This document shows positions 9,782-18,535 of a stretch of DNA of 47,723 nt, one piece after another. Source of the stretch: Promethearchaeota archaeon. GTDB taxonomy: Archaea; Asgardarchaeota; Lokiarchaeia; Sigyniarchaeales; SOKP01. The translations under genes were made by a program, and so were the position numbers. The notes beneath the pieces are model-generated. The model was not told the origin of the DNA. It searched no databases and worked only from the letters and a program-made list of their open reading frames with translations. Within the stretch, counting starts at the first letter, position 1. Every line of letters starts with the position of its first letter. The stretch covers positions 1 to 47,723 of the forward strand of contig JBHLLT010000022.1 in assembly GCA_048938855.1 (NCBI GenBank), in the 5' to 3' direction.

Positions 9782-9810
9782 ATAGTATCATTTTCTTTGT
9801 TTTTTAGTTG

Positions 9811-9826
9811 TGGGAACCGTTTCCCA
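9811..9826. promoter_or_regulatory. Palindrome TGGGAACCGTTTCCCA between the TATA box and the start of the wHTH gene
   Basis: Perfect 6-bp arms with a GGGA-N6-TCCC core. Confidence 0.55.
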
Positions 9827-10169
9827 TTTTACTTGCATAATTAAAGATTATATATATTTATAAATCTTTTGGTGAATTTCTAAACGTTTCTGTAAGAATT
9901 ACTTATTGAAATTAAACGATTCTATAATATTCTATTTTTATTATGAACAAGAATATAAAAATAATTTAAGTTTTGTTTCCTAGATTAAAAAATATAATAA
10001 AACAAAACTATATCATTGAACAAATAAATATAGAAGCCATGACATCTACTTGTCAAGATATTGAAAATCGTAGAAAGATCTTGATCTTTGATAAAAGATT
10101 TTGAAATCACATTAGATACCTTAAATGTTATATTAGCGTAGAAAAAATTAGATTTATAATTTAGTAATC

Positions 10170-10658
10170 CTATCTTTTTTTATTTATTAATTCGGTGAAA
10201 GAGCTGTTTTCTTTAATAACATTTAATACTATATGAGTATTAGTACGTTCAACATAAGGAGATGTATGAATATCTTTTATCATTTTACTTAAATCCTCTC
10301 TATTTTTAAATCTTGCCAAAATGAGAGCATCGTATTCTCCAGTAATGTCATAAACTGCGAATATGTGAGGATTTTTTGCCACATTTTTCTCTACTTCAAG
10401 CATTTTACCTTTTGAAATTGTTAATTCAATTATTGCAATAATATCATAGCCTAGTTTTTCAAAATCAATTTGAACTCCATAATTTTTTATTATTTTGTCC
10501 TTCTCTAAATTTTCAACATGACTTTTAATGGTTACAGGCGATTTATTACCTAGATCTTTTGCTAATTGGCGAAGTGAGATTCGGCCATCTATACTTATTT
10601 TCTTTAGAATCTCAATATCCAGATCAGAAAAATCATAAAAGTTAGATTGTTGAGGCAT
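10170..10658 (-). CDS. Lrp/AsnC family transcriptional regulator
   Basis: DLDIEILKKISIDGRISLRQLA HTH, IDFEKLGY linker and VYDITGEYD RAM motif. Confidence 0.95.
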   Translation of the reverse strand: MPQQSNFYDFSDLDIEILKKISIDGRISLRQLAKDLGNKSPVTIKSHVENLEKDKIIKNYGVQIDFEKLGYDIIAIIELTISKGKMLEVEKNVAKNPHIFAVYDITGEYDALILARFKNREDLSKMIKDIHTSPYVERTNTHIVLNVIKENSSFTELINKKR

Positions 10659-10721
10659 ATTATTAAAAAGTTATATATTTATTATAAAAGTATTCAATTG
10701 TCCATCCAATAATCGAATAAT

Positions 10722-10840
10722 TGAGCAAATGATCATTTTTCCCATCGACAAAAATTATTTTATAAATCATTCGTTCACTTTTTATATAAGAGAATATGTC
10801 ATATATAAGTTTTTCCTTCAAAAATGTAAACAAATGAACT
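10722..10840. promoter_or_regulatory. Three helically phased 14-bp boxes, candidate Lrp sites, upstream of the TATA box of the Zn-ribbon/glnA operon
   Basis: TGAGCAAATGATCA (10722), the reverse complement TGAACGAATGATTT (10764-10777) and TAAACAAATGAACT (10827). Offsets are 42 and 63 bp. Confidence 0.45.
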
Positions 10841-10898
10841 AAAAAAGGTCAAGGTTTTTAAATATGTGATCATACTATTATTCATAGAACTAAAATTA

Positions 10899-10911
10899 GG
10901 GATTTTTTCCC
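10899..10911. promoter_or_regulatory. Palindrome GGGATTTTTTCCC between the TATA box (~10857-10864) and the Zn-ribbon/glnA operon start
   Basis: (A)GGGA-N5-TCCC(T). The spacer is one base shorter than in the other two copies. Confidence 0.45.
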
Positions 10912-10948
10912 TTATATTTATATATTTAGATATGGAAAGAGATTAAAC

Positions 10949-11341
10949 ATGACATTAAAATGTCCAATTTGTGGAGAGGAATATTTCCATGATAGTAAAA
11001 TATGCCAAATTTGTGAAAGAAATTCAAATTATAGTGAATTGATAAATATTCATAAATATAAATCCAAAAAGTGGAATTGGGGTATCTTTTTAGAAATTGA
11101 TAAATTTTCGTCTGATAACTATAAACCTGATGATGCTTATATTAGGGTTACTTCTGAACCTAAATTAGTTGATTTTAAACCAAAAAAAGGGTATATATGG
11201 AATTGTAATTCGCAAACAAGGGATCGAAATTTCTATATTTTAAGATCAGGAATCTCTCAATTGAAAAACGTAAAAAAAATACCATTAACAAGATCCAACA
11301 TTCAAGAGAACCAAAAATTTAACTCATTAATTTATGAATGA
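10949..11341 (+). CDS. Zn-ribbon protein preceding glnA
   Basis: CPIC-x10-CQIC, two W-N-(W/C) repeats (KKWNWG, YIWNCNS) and C-terminal LIYE. Confidence 0.8.
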   Translation: MTLKCPICGEEYFHDSKICQICERNSNYSELINIHKYKSKKWNWGIFLEIDKFSSDNYKPDDAYIRVTSEPKLVDFKPKKGYIWNCNSQTRDRNFYILRSGISQLKNVKKIPLTRSNIQENQKFNSLIYE

Positions 11342-11421
11342 GATAATAAATGAATTTTAACAAGAGTATTCTAATTTATTAACTAATTGTAAAATTTCAA
11401 TTTTAATAGAAAAAGAAGAAA

Positions 11422-12771
11422 ATGATTGATCGAACTGATCCAAAAAGGAAACAGTCATGTGAAGCTGTTATAGAGAAAATTAAAGAAGAAGAAATAAAGT
11501 TAATTTATCTCCAATTCACTGATATTCATGGAATTATTAAGAGTTTCGAAGTAAATTCAAAAAGAATTGAGGATATATTTGAGATAGGGGAAAATTTTGA
11601 CGGAAGCTCGATAACTGGATATGGAGCGATTGAAGAGAGTGATAAGGTTGCACTTCCAGATCCTAGTACATTTTATCTTTTACCTTGGAGAAAAGAAAAT
11701 AAAGTCGCTAGAGTCATTTGTGACATTTTTAAACCTGATGGGCAACGATATGAAGGAGATCCTAGGTTTATTCTGCAGCAAGCAGTAAACAGAGCAGAGA
11801 AACATGGTTATACTTACTATTGTGCTCCAGAAATGGAGTTTTTCGTTCTTACACCTGATACTAAGCAAGCATTCAAACCTTCAGATATGAGAGGATATTT
11901 TGATTACGATCCTTATGATATAAATGAAATGATAAGATATAGGATTGCAGATTATTGTGATGCGATGGGTATTAATGTGGAATGCATTCATCATGAAGTT
12001 GCTTTTGGGCAACATGAGGTTGATTTTAGATATGACAAAGCAGTTAATACAGCTGATAATACATTAACGATTAAAACTATTGTTAAAACAGTTTCAGCTC
12101 AGCATAATTTAATAGGAACTTTTATGCCAAAACCATTTGAGGGAATTAACGGATCTGGAATGCACGTGCACCAATCTCTTTGGAAGAATGGAAATAATGT
12201 CTTTTATGATGAAACTGATAAAGATAATATTTCAATTTTAATGAAAAAATGGATTGCTGGGCAATTAAAATATGCAATTCCTATGTGTGCAGTCTTAAGT
12301 AGTTGGCCTAATTCATATAAAAGATTAGTTCCAGGATATGAAGCACCAGTCTATTTAGCTTGGGGCTTTCGAAATAGATCTCCATTGCTAAGAGTACCAG
12401 ATTTTCATAATAAATCAAGTGCGGCAAGAGTTGAAATACGTTGTCCAGATCCCTCGGGAAATCCATATCTCCAATTTGCAGTACTTTTAAGTTCAGGATT
12501 AGAAGGCATTCTTTCAGAAGATATTAAAATTCCCGAACCAACAGACAGAAATGTATATCATTTATCGTCTAAAGAAATGGAAAAAGAGGGAATTATTTCA
12601 TTACCAGGAAGTTTACATGAAGCTTTACAACATTTCAGAAATTCAGAACTTATGAAAGACATATTTGGAGAATTAGCTTTTAAAAATTACTATTACGCTA
12701 AGCTTGAAGAATATGACGCTTATCGCTTTGTAGTAAGCGAATGGGAAAGAGATAGATATATCAGATTATAA
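11422..12771 (+). CDS. glnA: Glutamine synthetase type I (alpha-like)
   Basis: FDGSSI, PEMEFF, HHEVAFGQHE, FMPKPFEGINGSGMHVHQS, NSYKRLVPGYEAP and RVEIRCPD motifs. Confidence 0.97.
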   Translation: MIDRTDPKRKQSCEAVIEKIKEEEIKLIYLQFTDIHGIIKSFEVNSKRIEDIFEIGENFDGSSITGYGAIEESDKVALPDPSTFYLLPWRKENKVARVICDIFKPDGQRYEGDPRFILQQAVNRAEKHGYTYYCAPEMEFFVLTPDTKQAFKPSDMRGYFDYDPYDINEMIRYRIADYCDAMGINVECIHHEVAFGQHEVDFRYDKAVNTADNTLTIKTIVKTVSAQHNLIGTFMPKPFEGINGSGMHVHQSLWKNGNNVFYDETDKDNISILMKKWIAGQLKYAIPMCAVLSSWPNSYKRLVPGYEAPVYLAWGFRNRSPLLRVPDFHNKSSAARVEIRCPDPSGNPYLQFAVLLSSGLEGILSEDIKIPEPTDRNVYHLSSKEMEKEGIISLPGSLHEALQHFRNSELMKDIFGELAFKNYYYAKLEEYDAYRFVVSEWERDRYIRL

Positions 12772-12849
12772 ACTCAATCATTTATTTCTTTTAAAAATAA
12801 TAATGTGTTTCAATTTTAAACCTATAATTGTATAATATGAATTTGGAAT

Positions 12850-15315
12850 ATGCAAGATATAAAAAAATGGAGATTTTCAATCCCTAGAATAGTTTCACCT
12901 CAAATACCAAAAAGTACAAAATTTAAGTTAACTGAAAAATCTGATTATGTTCATTATGGACAAATAGGATTTGGAGAATATTTTACTCCAGAAAAGTATT
13001 GGACGCCTCAAATTATATCGCAGATCTTATACCAAGCAGAAACAGGAAAAATTCCCGTATCTGGTGCAGGATACGGAGGATCTTTTGCTGGAGAGGGATT
13101 TGATGCTATATGGTTTGACATGTCAGAAATAGTACGCCCTACGAGGGATGGTATTCACGGAAGAGAATATATCTCTACGACTATTGAATTAGGTCAAAAA
13201 GCCTTGAATTTAAATTTTAATAACGAGAATAAATTTTTGAAAAAACTCCCTTCTCTACTAAAACTTCCCTTCCCCATTATCTTTAATCCCATTCCTTTAA
13301 TATCAAAAGACTTCACAAAAATCAAATCTATTATAGAAACGGCATATTCATTAGGTACTATAGCGATTATCCCTCAATCAGAGTATTCAGAAGATTTTTT
13401 ACCATTTTCAAAGGCTGTTTGTTTACGATTGAATAACAAACTGAATCAATTAGAAAAAAAAATGATTCAAAGAGCAACGATGGTTGAGATTGAGGATATT
13501 CATTTAATGAAAAATGTGAAGAAAATTGCTCCTAATATCATTTGTTCAATTTTTCTTCCCGTAGAAGAAGGGATTGAAAATAAGGTATTCTCTCTAATTA
13601 GAAGTGGAATTGATATTATCCACTTGAACTTTGATTTTTATGGAAAAAGTAAAGTAGGAAATATTACTGCAGTTCTTCAAAGAATTCATAATTTTCTCAT
13701 CGAAAACAAAAGTCGCAGTTCTGTTAGCATTATAGTTAGTGGTGGTATAGCAGCTGCAGAGCATGTTGCAAAAGCTATGATTTGTGGAGCTGATTGTGTT
13801 GCAATAGATTTTGTATTATTAATTGCTCTCGGATGTTCATTATGGGCTGATTTATCTTTTCCATGTGTAGCAGAACATGGTGAAATTGATTTGAATTGGG
13901 CCATTAATAGATTAAAAAATCTAATAGCTGCTTGGAGAGATCAACTTCTTGAGGTTCTTGGTGCAATGGGAATTAGAGAAATTAGGAGAATTAGAGGTGA
14001 AGTTGGTAGGGCAATTTTTTATACAGAGGAGAAGGATAATTTTAGAAATTTATTTAAATCAAGAAGGTTAAATTCAAAACTAGGATATTTAGTACCTCTT
14101 GAACAGATAAGTGTTGGAGATTGTCGTTGGCCACTTGAATTAATTCAAGCAACATTTGAGCAAGCTCGTACAGGATTTCTACCAAAACATCTTGAGTATC
14201 GTATAGGTAGAAGTGCAGGAGGGTTTGATCGTCTTGCTTTCATTTTTGAAGATGATGGAATCCAAATGATGGATGATCAATTAATAGATTTATCAATTCC
14301 CTTAAATTTACGCTCCAAAGGGCCAAAGATAACTATTCCGATGCCAGTTTATTCTGGAGGGATGTCTTTTGGTTCGGTATCTCTTAATGTGATGCTTGCA
14401 CGGGCAATGGCAGCTCAAACGCTCGACTCTTTTATGTCTACAGGTGAAGGAGGTTATCCTGAAGAATTAATACCTTATAAAGAACATGTTATTACTCAAG
14501 TTGCTACTGGTCTATTTGGCGTGAGTGAATCTTCAATTCAAAGAGCTCCAATCATAGAATTCAAATACGCTCAAGGAGCAAAACCTGGTTTAGGAGGCCA
14601 TTTACTTGCAGGAAAAGTAACTGAAGCTGTTGCTAATGCTAGAGAATCTGTACCAGGGATAAGCCTATTTTCACCATTCCCCTTTCATAGTGTTTACTCA
14701 GTAGAAGATCATAAGAAACATATTGATTGGATTAAACAGGTGAATCCAGAAGCGTTAGTAATTGTTAAAGTTTCAACTCCTACAGATGTTGATATGGTTG
14801 CAGTTGGTAGTTATTATGCTGGTGCTAATATTGTAAACATTGATGGATCTTATGGCGGTACAGGAGCAGCTCCAGAGGTAAGTAAAAAAAATATAGCAAT
14901 GCCAATAGAATATGCAATACCAAAGGTACATAAATTTCTAACAAAAGAAGGAATAAGAGATGAAATTATCCTTATTGCGTCTGGAGGTATTCGCACCGGA
15001 TATGATATTGCTAAAGCTATTGCTTTAGGTGCAGATGGTGCAATGGTTGGTACAGCAGATTTAGTAGCATTAGGATGCGAGCGACTTGGAGTGTGTGAAA
15101 AGGGAGATGGGTGTCCAGCAGGTATAACTACTACAGATCCTAAATTTGCTTGCTTAATTGATCCTCAGTGGGGTAAAGACCGTATAATAAATCTTCGAAA
15201 GGCATGGGCTATTCAATTACGACAAATATTAAATGCCCTTGGAATGAAAACTATAAAGGAATTAAGAGGAAGGACGGATACACTATTATATCTAAACAAC
15301 AAGGTGTTATTATGA
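12850..15315 (+). CDS. gltB: Glutamate synthase FMN-binding subunit (GltB2-type) with two tandem synthase-like barrels
   Basis: The C-half has MSFGS, STGEGG, QVATG, EFKYAQGAKPGLGGHL, DGSYGGTG, SGGIRTG and a C-x5-C-x5-C cluster motif. The N-half is a degenerate copy (GFDAIW, SGGIAAAEHVAKAMICGAD, ALGC, LGAMGIREIRRIRG). Confidence 0.9.
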   Translation: MQDIKKWRFSIPRIVSPQIPKSTKFKLTEKSDYVHYGQIGFGEYFTPEKYWTPQIISQILYQAETGKIPVSGAGYGGSFAGEGFDAIWFDMSEIVRPTRDGIHGREYISTTIELGQKALNLNFNNENKFLKKLPSLLKLPFPIIFNPIPLISKDFTKIKSIIETAYSLGTIAIIPQSEYSEDFLPFSKAVCLRLNNKLNQLEKKMIQRATMVEIEDIHLMKNVKKIAPNIICSIFLPVEEGIENKVFSLIRSGIDIIHLNFDFYGKSKVGNITAVLQRIHNFLIENKSRSSVSIIVSGGIAAAEHVAKAMICGADCVAIDFVLLIALGCSLWADLSFPCVAEHGEIDLNWAINRLKNLIAAWRDQLLEVLGAMGIREIRRIRGEVGRAIFYTEEKDNFRNLFKSRRLNSKLGYLVPLEQISVGDCRWPLELIQATFEQARTGFLPKHLEYRIGRSAGGFDRLAFIFEDDGIQMMDDQLIDLSIPLNLRSKGPKITIPMPVYSGGMSFGSVSLNVMLARAMAAQTLDSFMSTGEGGYPEELIPYKEHVITQVATGLFGVSESSIQRAPIIEFKYAQGAKPGLGGHLLAGKVTEAVANARESVPGISLFSPFPFHSVYSVEDHKKHIDWIKQVNPEALVIVKVSTPTDVDMVAVGSYYAGANIVNIDGSYGGTGAAPEVSKKNIAMPIEYAIPKVHKFLTKEGIRDEIILIASGGIRTGYDIAKAIALGADGAMVGTADLVALGCERLGVCEKGDGCPAGITTTDPKFACLIDPQWGKDRIINLRKAWAIQLRQILNALGMKTIKELRGRTDTLLYLNNKVLL

Positions 15316-17747
15316 AGGTTATGAAAAAAGATGCTGAAGGAGGATGTGGAGTCGTTGGATTTTGTTCAACTGAGAAAATTGTAGGTAAACATTTAATACC
15401 TCCATGCATCCAAATGCATAATAGGGGAAATGGGAAAGGTGGAGGTATTGTTGCCATGGGTTTAGAAGCTTCTCAACTTAATGTGACAGAAGAGATTCTA
15501 AAAACAAATTATTTAATACAAATTGCTTACCTTAAACCTGATATACGCGAAAAAGTAGAAGCTCAATTTATTTTTAACAATTATGATGTTTTTACTCATT
15601 ACAAAATCAAAACTAAAAATTATAGTTCAAGCAAACTTGAAATAATCCCACCTGAGGTATATAGATATTTTTGTCGTGTAAAAAAGCCAATTCTAAAGAA
15701 ATTCATGAAAAGTAATGGTTTTAAAAATTTCAATAAAGCTGAAGATGAATTTGTATTTTTAATTAGTTTTCAAATAAATAAAAAATTCTATAGTGAAGAT
15801 GATGCTCAAGAAGCATTCGTTTTATGTCATGGAAAAAATATGATCGTTTTTAAGATTGTAGGATATGCTGAAGATGCTATTGATTATTATAATTTAATGG
15901 ATTTAAAAGCTCATCTTTGGGTAGGACATCAAAGATATCCTACCAGAGGAAGAGTCTGGCACCCAGGTGGTGCTCATCCTTTTATAGGGGTGAAAGAAGC
16001 TTTAGTACATAACGGAGACTTTGCAAATTATCATTCCATTTGTGAATATCTTCATCAAAATGGAAGGGAACCATTATTTTCGACAGATACCGAGGTTGCT
16101 GCGTTATTATTTGATCTATGGACAAGAATTTATGATTATCCATTAGAATATGCAATTGAAGCATTTGCACCCACAACTGAAAGAGATTTTGCTATGTTGT
16201 CAACTGAAAAGCAACATATTTATCAACTTATTCAAAGTTATCATGTTCAAAATTCTCCTGATGGTCCTTGGTTTTTTATTATTGCCAGAAACGATGATGT
16301 AGAGGACCAATTCCAATTACTTGGCATAACTGATACATCTATGCTGAGACCACAGGTATTTGCTCTTCAAGAAAACGATAATGTTAAAATTGGTATTATA
16401 GCTTCTGAAAAACAAGCAATTGATTCAATTCTTTCAAGTATTTCCGAGGAGGACAATAGATATTGTTCTATAGCTGACTTATATTGGAATGCTCGTGGAG
16501 GTAGTTATACTGATGGGGGTGCTTTTTTATTTAATTTGAAGAATAATAAATTATCTTGTACAGATAAGTTTGGTAAAAAAATCAAGATTCCAAAAAGAGA
16601 GCCTTTAAAGGTTAAAACTATTAAGGATTACCAATTTGGTCCTGATTTTAATACAATTATCAAGGAATTTGCCAATATGGATTACGGAGAGATATTAGGA
16701 TTTTTAAAATCTGCTGAACTCTATGCTAAAAAAGGAGATTCTCAATTCCAAAAAACTGTGGAGGTTATAACTAAATTAATTGATAGAGTGTATTCAATAG
16801 GAGGCAAAAAAAGGAGTAATCTATTAGCATTATATCATAAAACATTGTATTCAATATTTCGTGGAATTTCAATAGATTCAAAATTGTTTAAATTTTTTAG
16901 TTTACAATCTTCATCTATCCCTATCCCTGATTCAAATAATCAATGTTTAATTATTGACGGTAAGAATTTTTATTCAGAAGGCCCCGAAAGCTTAGCTTCA
17001 GTATTGGTTAAAGCTTTTAATGGTGGGTGGGTGAATTTTATTTTGTTTGATCTTAGAGGACAAAGATTTTGCGGTTGTGGTTTTGGTTCTCATTCAAAAT
17101 CGATTAGAATTGATGTATATGGTTCTCCTGGTGATTATTTAGGATCAGGTATAACCAATACTGAAATTTTGGTGCATTCTAATGGGCAGGATCAATGGGG
17201 CCAAATTATGAAATCTGGAAAACTCGTTGTCTATGGGGATGTTGGTCAAACATTTCTTTATGGCGCTAAAGGAGGCACTTGTTATGTGAGAGGAAATGCT
17301 GCTGGAAGGGCACTTATAAATGCAGTTGGGAATCCTCGCGTCATCATTAATGGAAGTTGTTTAGATTATTTAGCAGAATCTTTTATGGCAGGTGATGTTT
17401 TCCATAATGGTGGATTTGTTATTTTGAATGGAATAAGCTTAAATATAGATGGTATATTAGAAGCGTATCCAGAACCTTATCCAGGAGGAAATCTATTTTC
17501 TCTAGCTTCTGGTGGAGCTATTTATATTCGTGATCCATTCAATAAGACTTCAAAAAGTCAGCTCAATGGAGGTAGCTTTGCCATTCTTTCAAGTCAAGAT
17601 TGGAATCTCATTAAACCTTACCTAGAAGAAAATGAAAGGTTATTCGGCATTAAAATTGATGATTTATTGACCGTAAACAATCAATTAAAGACTCCAAAGG
17701 AGGTATATAGAAAAATTGTTGTTGAAAGCACAGAGGTTTTAAAATGA
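15312..17747 (+). CDS. gltB: Glutamate synthase amidotransferase (class II/Ntn, GltB1) fused to the GXGXG beta-helix domain (GltB3)
   Basis: Start revised to ATG 15312, which has an AAGGTG RBS and an ATGA overlap with the upstream stop. Motifs EGGCGVVG (Ntn Cys), HQRYPT, HPF, VHNGD, TDTEV, LRP, IASE. The C-terminus has GxGxG repeats (GSPGDYLGSG, GAKGG, GGAIYIR). Confidence 0.9.
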   Translation: MKVMKKDAEGGCGVVGFCSTEKIVGKHLIPPCIQMHNRGNGKGGGIVAMGLEASQLNVTEEILKTNYLIQIAYLKPDIREKVEAQFIFNNYDVFTHYKIKTKNYSSSKLEIIPPEVYRYFCRVKKPILKKFMKSNGFKNFNKAEDEFVFLISFQINKKFYSEDDAQEAFVLCHGKNMIVFKIVGYAEDAIDYYNLMDLKAHLWVGHQRYPTRGRVWHPGGAHPFIGVKEALVHNGDFANYHSICEYLHQNGREPLFSTDTEVAALLFDLWTRIYDYPLEYAIEAFAPTTERDFAMLSTEKQHIYQLIQSYHVQNSPDGPWFFIIARNDDVEDQFQLLGITDTSMLRPQVFALQENDNVKIGIIASEKQAIDSILSSISEEDNRYCSIADLYWNARGGSYTDGGAFLFNLKNNKLSCTDKFGKKIKIPKREPLKVKTIKDYQFGPDFNTIIKEFANMDYGEILGFLKSAELYAKKGDSQFQKTVEVITKLIDRVYSIGGKKRSNLLALYHKTLYSIFRGISIDSKLFKFFSLQSSSIPIPDSNNQCLIIDGKNFYSEGPESLASVLVKAFNGGWVNFILFDLRGQRFCGCGFGSHSKSIRIDVYGSPGDYLGSGITNTEILVHSNGQDQWGQIMKSGKLVVYGDVGQTFLYGAKGGTCYVRGNAAGRALINAVGNPRVIINGSCLDYLAESFMAGDVFHNGGFVILNGISLNIDGILEAYPEPYPGGNLFSLASGGAIYIRDPFNKTSKSQLNGGSFAILSSQDWNLIKPYLEENERLFGIKIDDLLTVNNQLKTPKEVYRKIVVESTEVLK

Positions 17748-18535
17748 ATATAATTGTATGCTTAAAACAAGTACCTGATACTGATGAAGTAAAAACTGAT
17801 CCAGAAACAGGTCGAATTATTCGAGAAGGAATAGCAGGTACTATAAATCCTTTCGATATGTTTGTCCTTGAAGAAGCTTTAAGATTAAAGGAGATTTATG
17901 GGGGAAAAATTTCTTTACTAAGTATGGGGCCAAAAGATGCGATGAACACCCTTTATTTTGGATTAGCTTTAGGTGCTGATGAAGCATATTTATTATCAGA
18001 TATTAAATTTGCGGGATCGGACACATTGGCTACATCCTACGCCCTTTCCTGTGGTATAAAGACTCTTGGTCATTATGATTTAATTATTTGCGGAATAAAA
18101 ACTACTGATGGAGACACAGGCCAAGTAGGGGCAAATTTAGCAGAAATACTTGACATCCCTAGTGTTTATTATGTCAATAAGATACTAAAATATCAAAATA
18201 ATAATATTGAAGTTGAAAGACTTTTAGAAGATAGAAGTCAAATTTTACAAGTTTCTCTCCCTTGTCTTATTTCAATTGTTAAGGGCGCTAACATACCTCG
18301 AATGCCTACTTTACTCGGAAAGATTGAAGCTAAGAAAAAATTATTGAAAATACTTAATGCTTATGAAGTCGATGCTATAGAAGATTATTGTGGCTCCGAA
18401 GGCTCCCCTACTAGAGTAGTGAAGGTATTTCTTCCAGAAAAAAGAAAACAGGGAGTAATTGTAAAAGGTTGTTTTGATCAAAATATCATTAAATTGTTAC
18501 AATTTTTAAAAAATAAGAAAATGGTGTCATTCTAA
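17744..18535 (+). CDS. etfB: Electron transfer flavoprotein beta subunit (FixA/EtfB)
   Basis: CLKQVPDT, INPFD, SMGP, FAGSDTLAT and DGDTGQVG motifs. ATGA overlap with the preceding gene. Confidence 0.95.
   Translation: MNIIVCLKQVPDTDEVKTDPETGRIIREGIAGTINPFDMFVLEEALRLKEIYGGKISLLSMGPKDAMNTLYFGLALGADEAYLLSDIKFAGSDTLATSYALSCGIKTLGHYDLIICGIKTTDGDTGQVGANLAEILDIPSVYYVNKILKYQNNNIEVERLLEDRSQILQVSLPCLISIVKGANIPRMPTLLGKIEAKKKLLKILNAYEVDAIEDYCGSEGSPTRVVKVFLPEKRKQGVIVKGCFDQNIIKLLQFLKNKKMVSF

Noticed and set aside
677-9826. Resemblance of GTGGGAA and GGGAATT..CCC to eukaryotic CSL or NF-kB sites
   Set aside because: The motifs are short, no such factor is encoded here, and coincidence is the simplest explanation.
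15204-15311. Tracked start of the GATase-GXGXG gene at 15204
   Set aside because: It would overlap the upstream gene by 112 nt. ATG 15312 has an RBS, an ATGA overlap and a short propeptide before the Ntn Cys.
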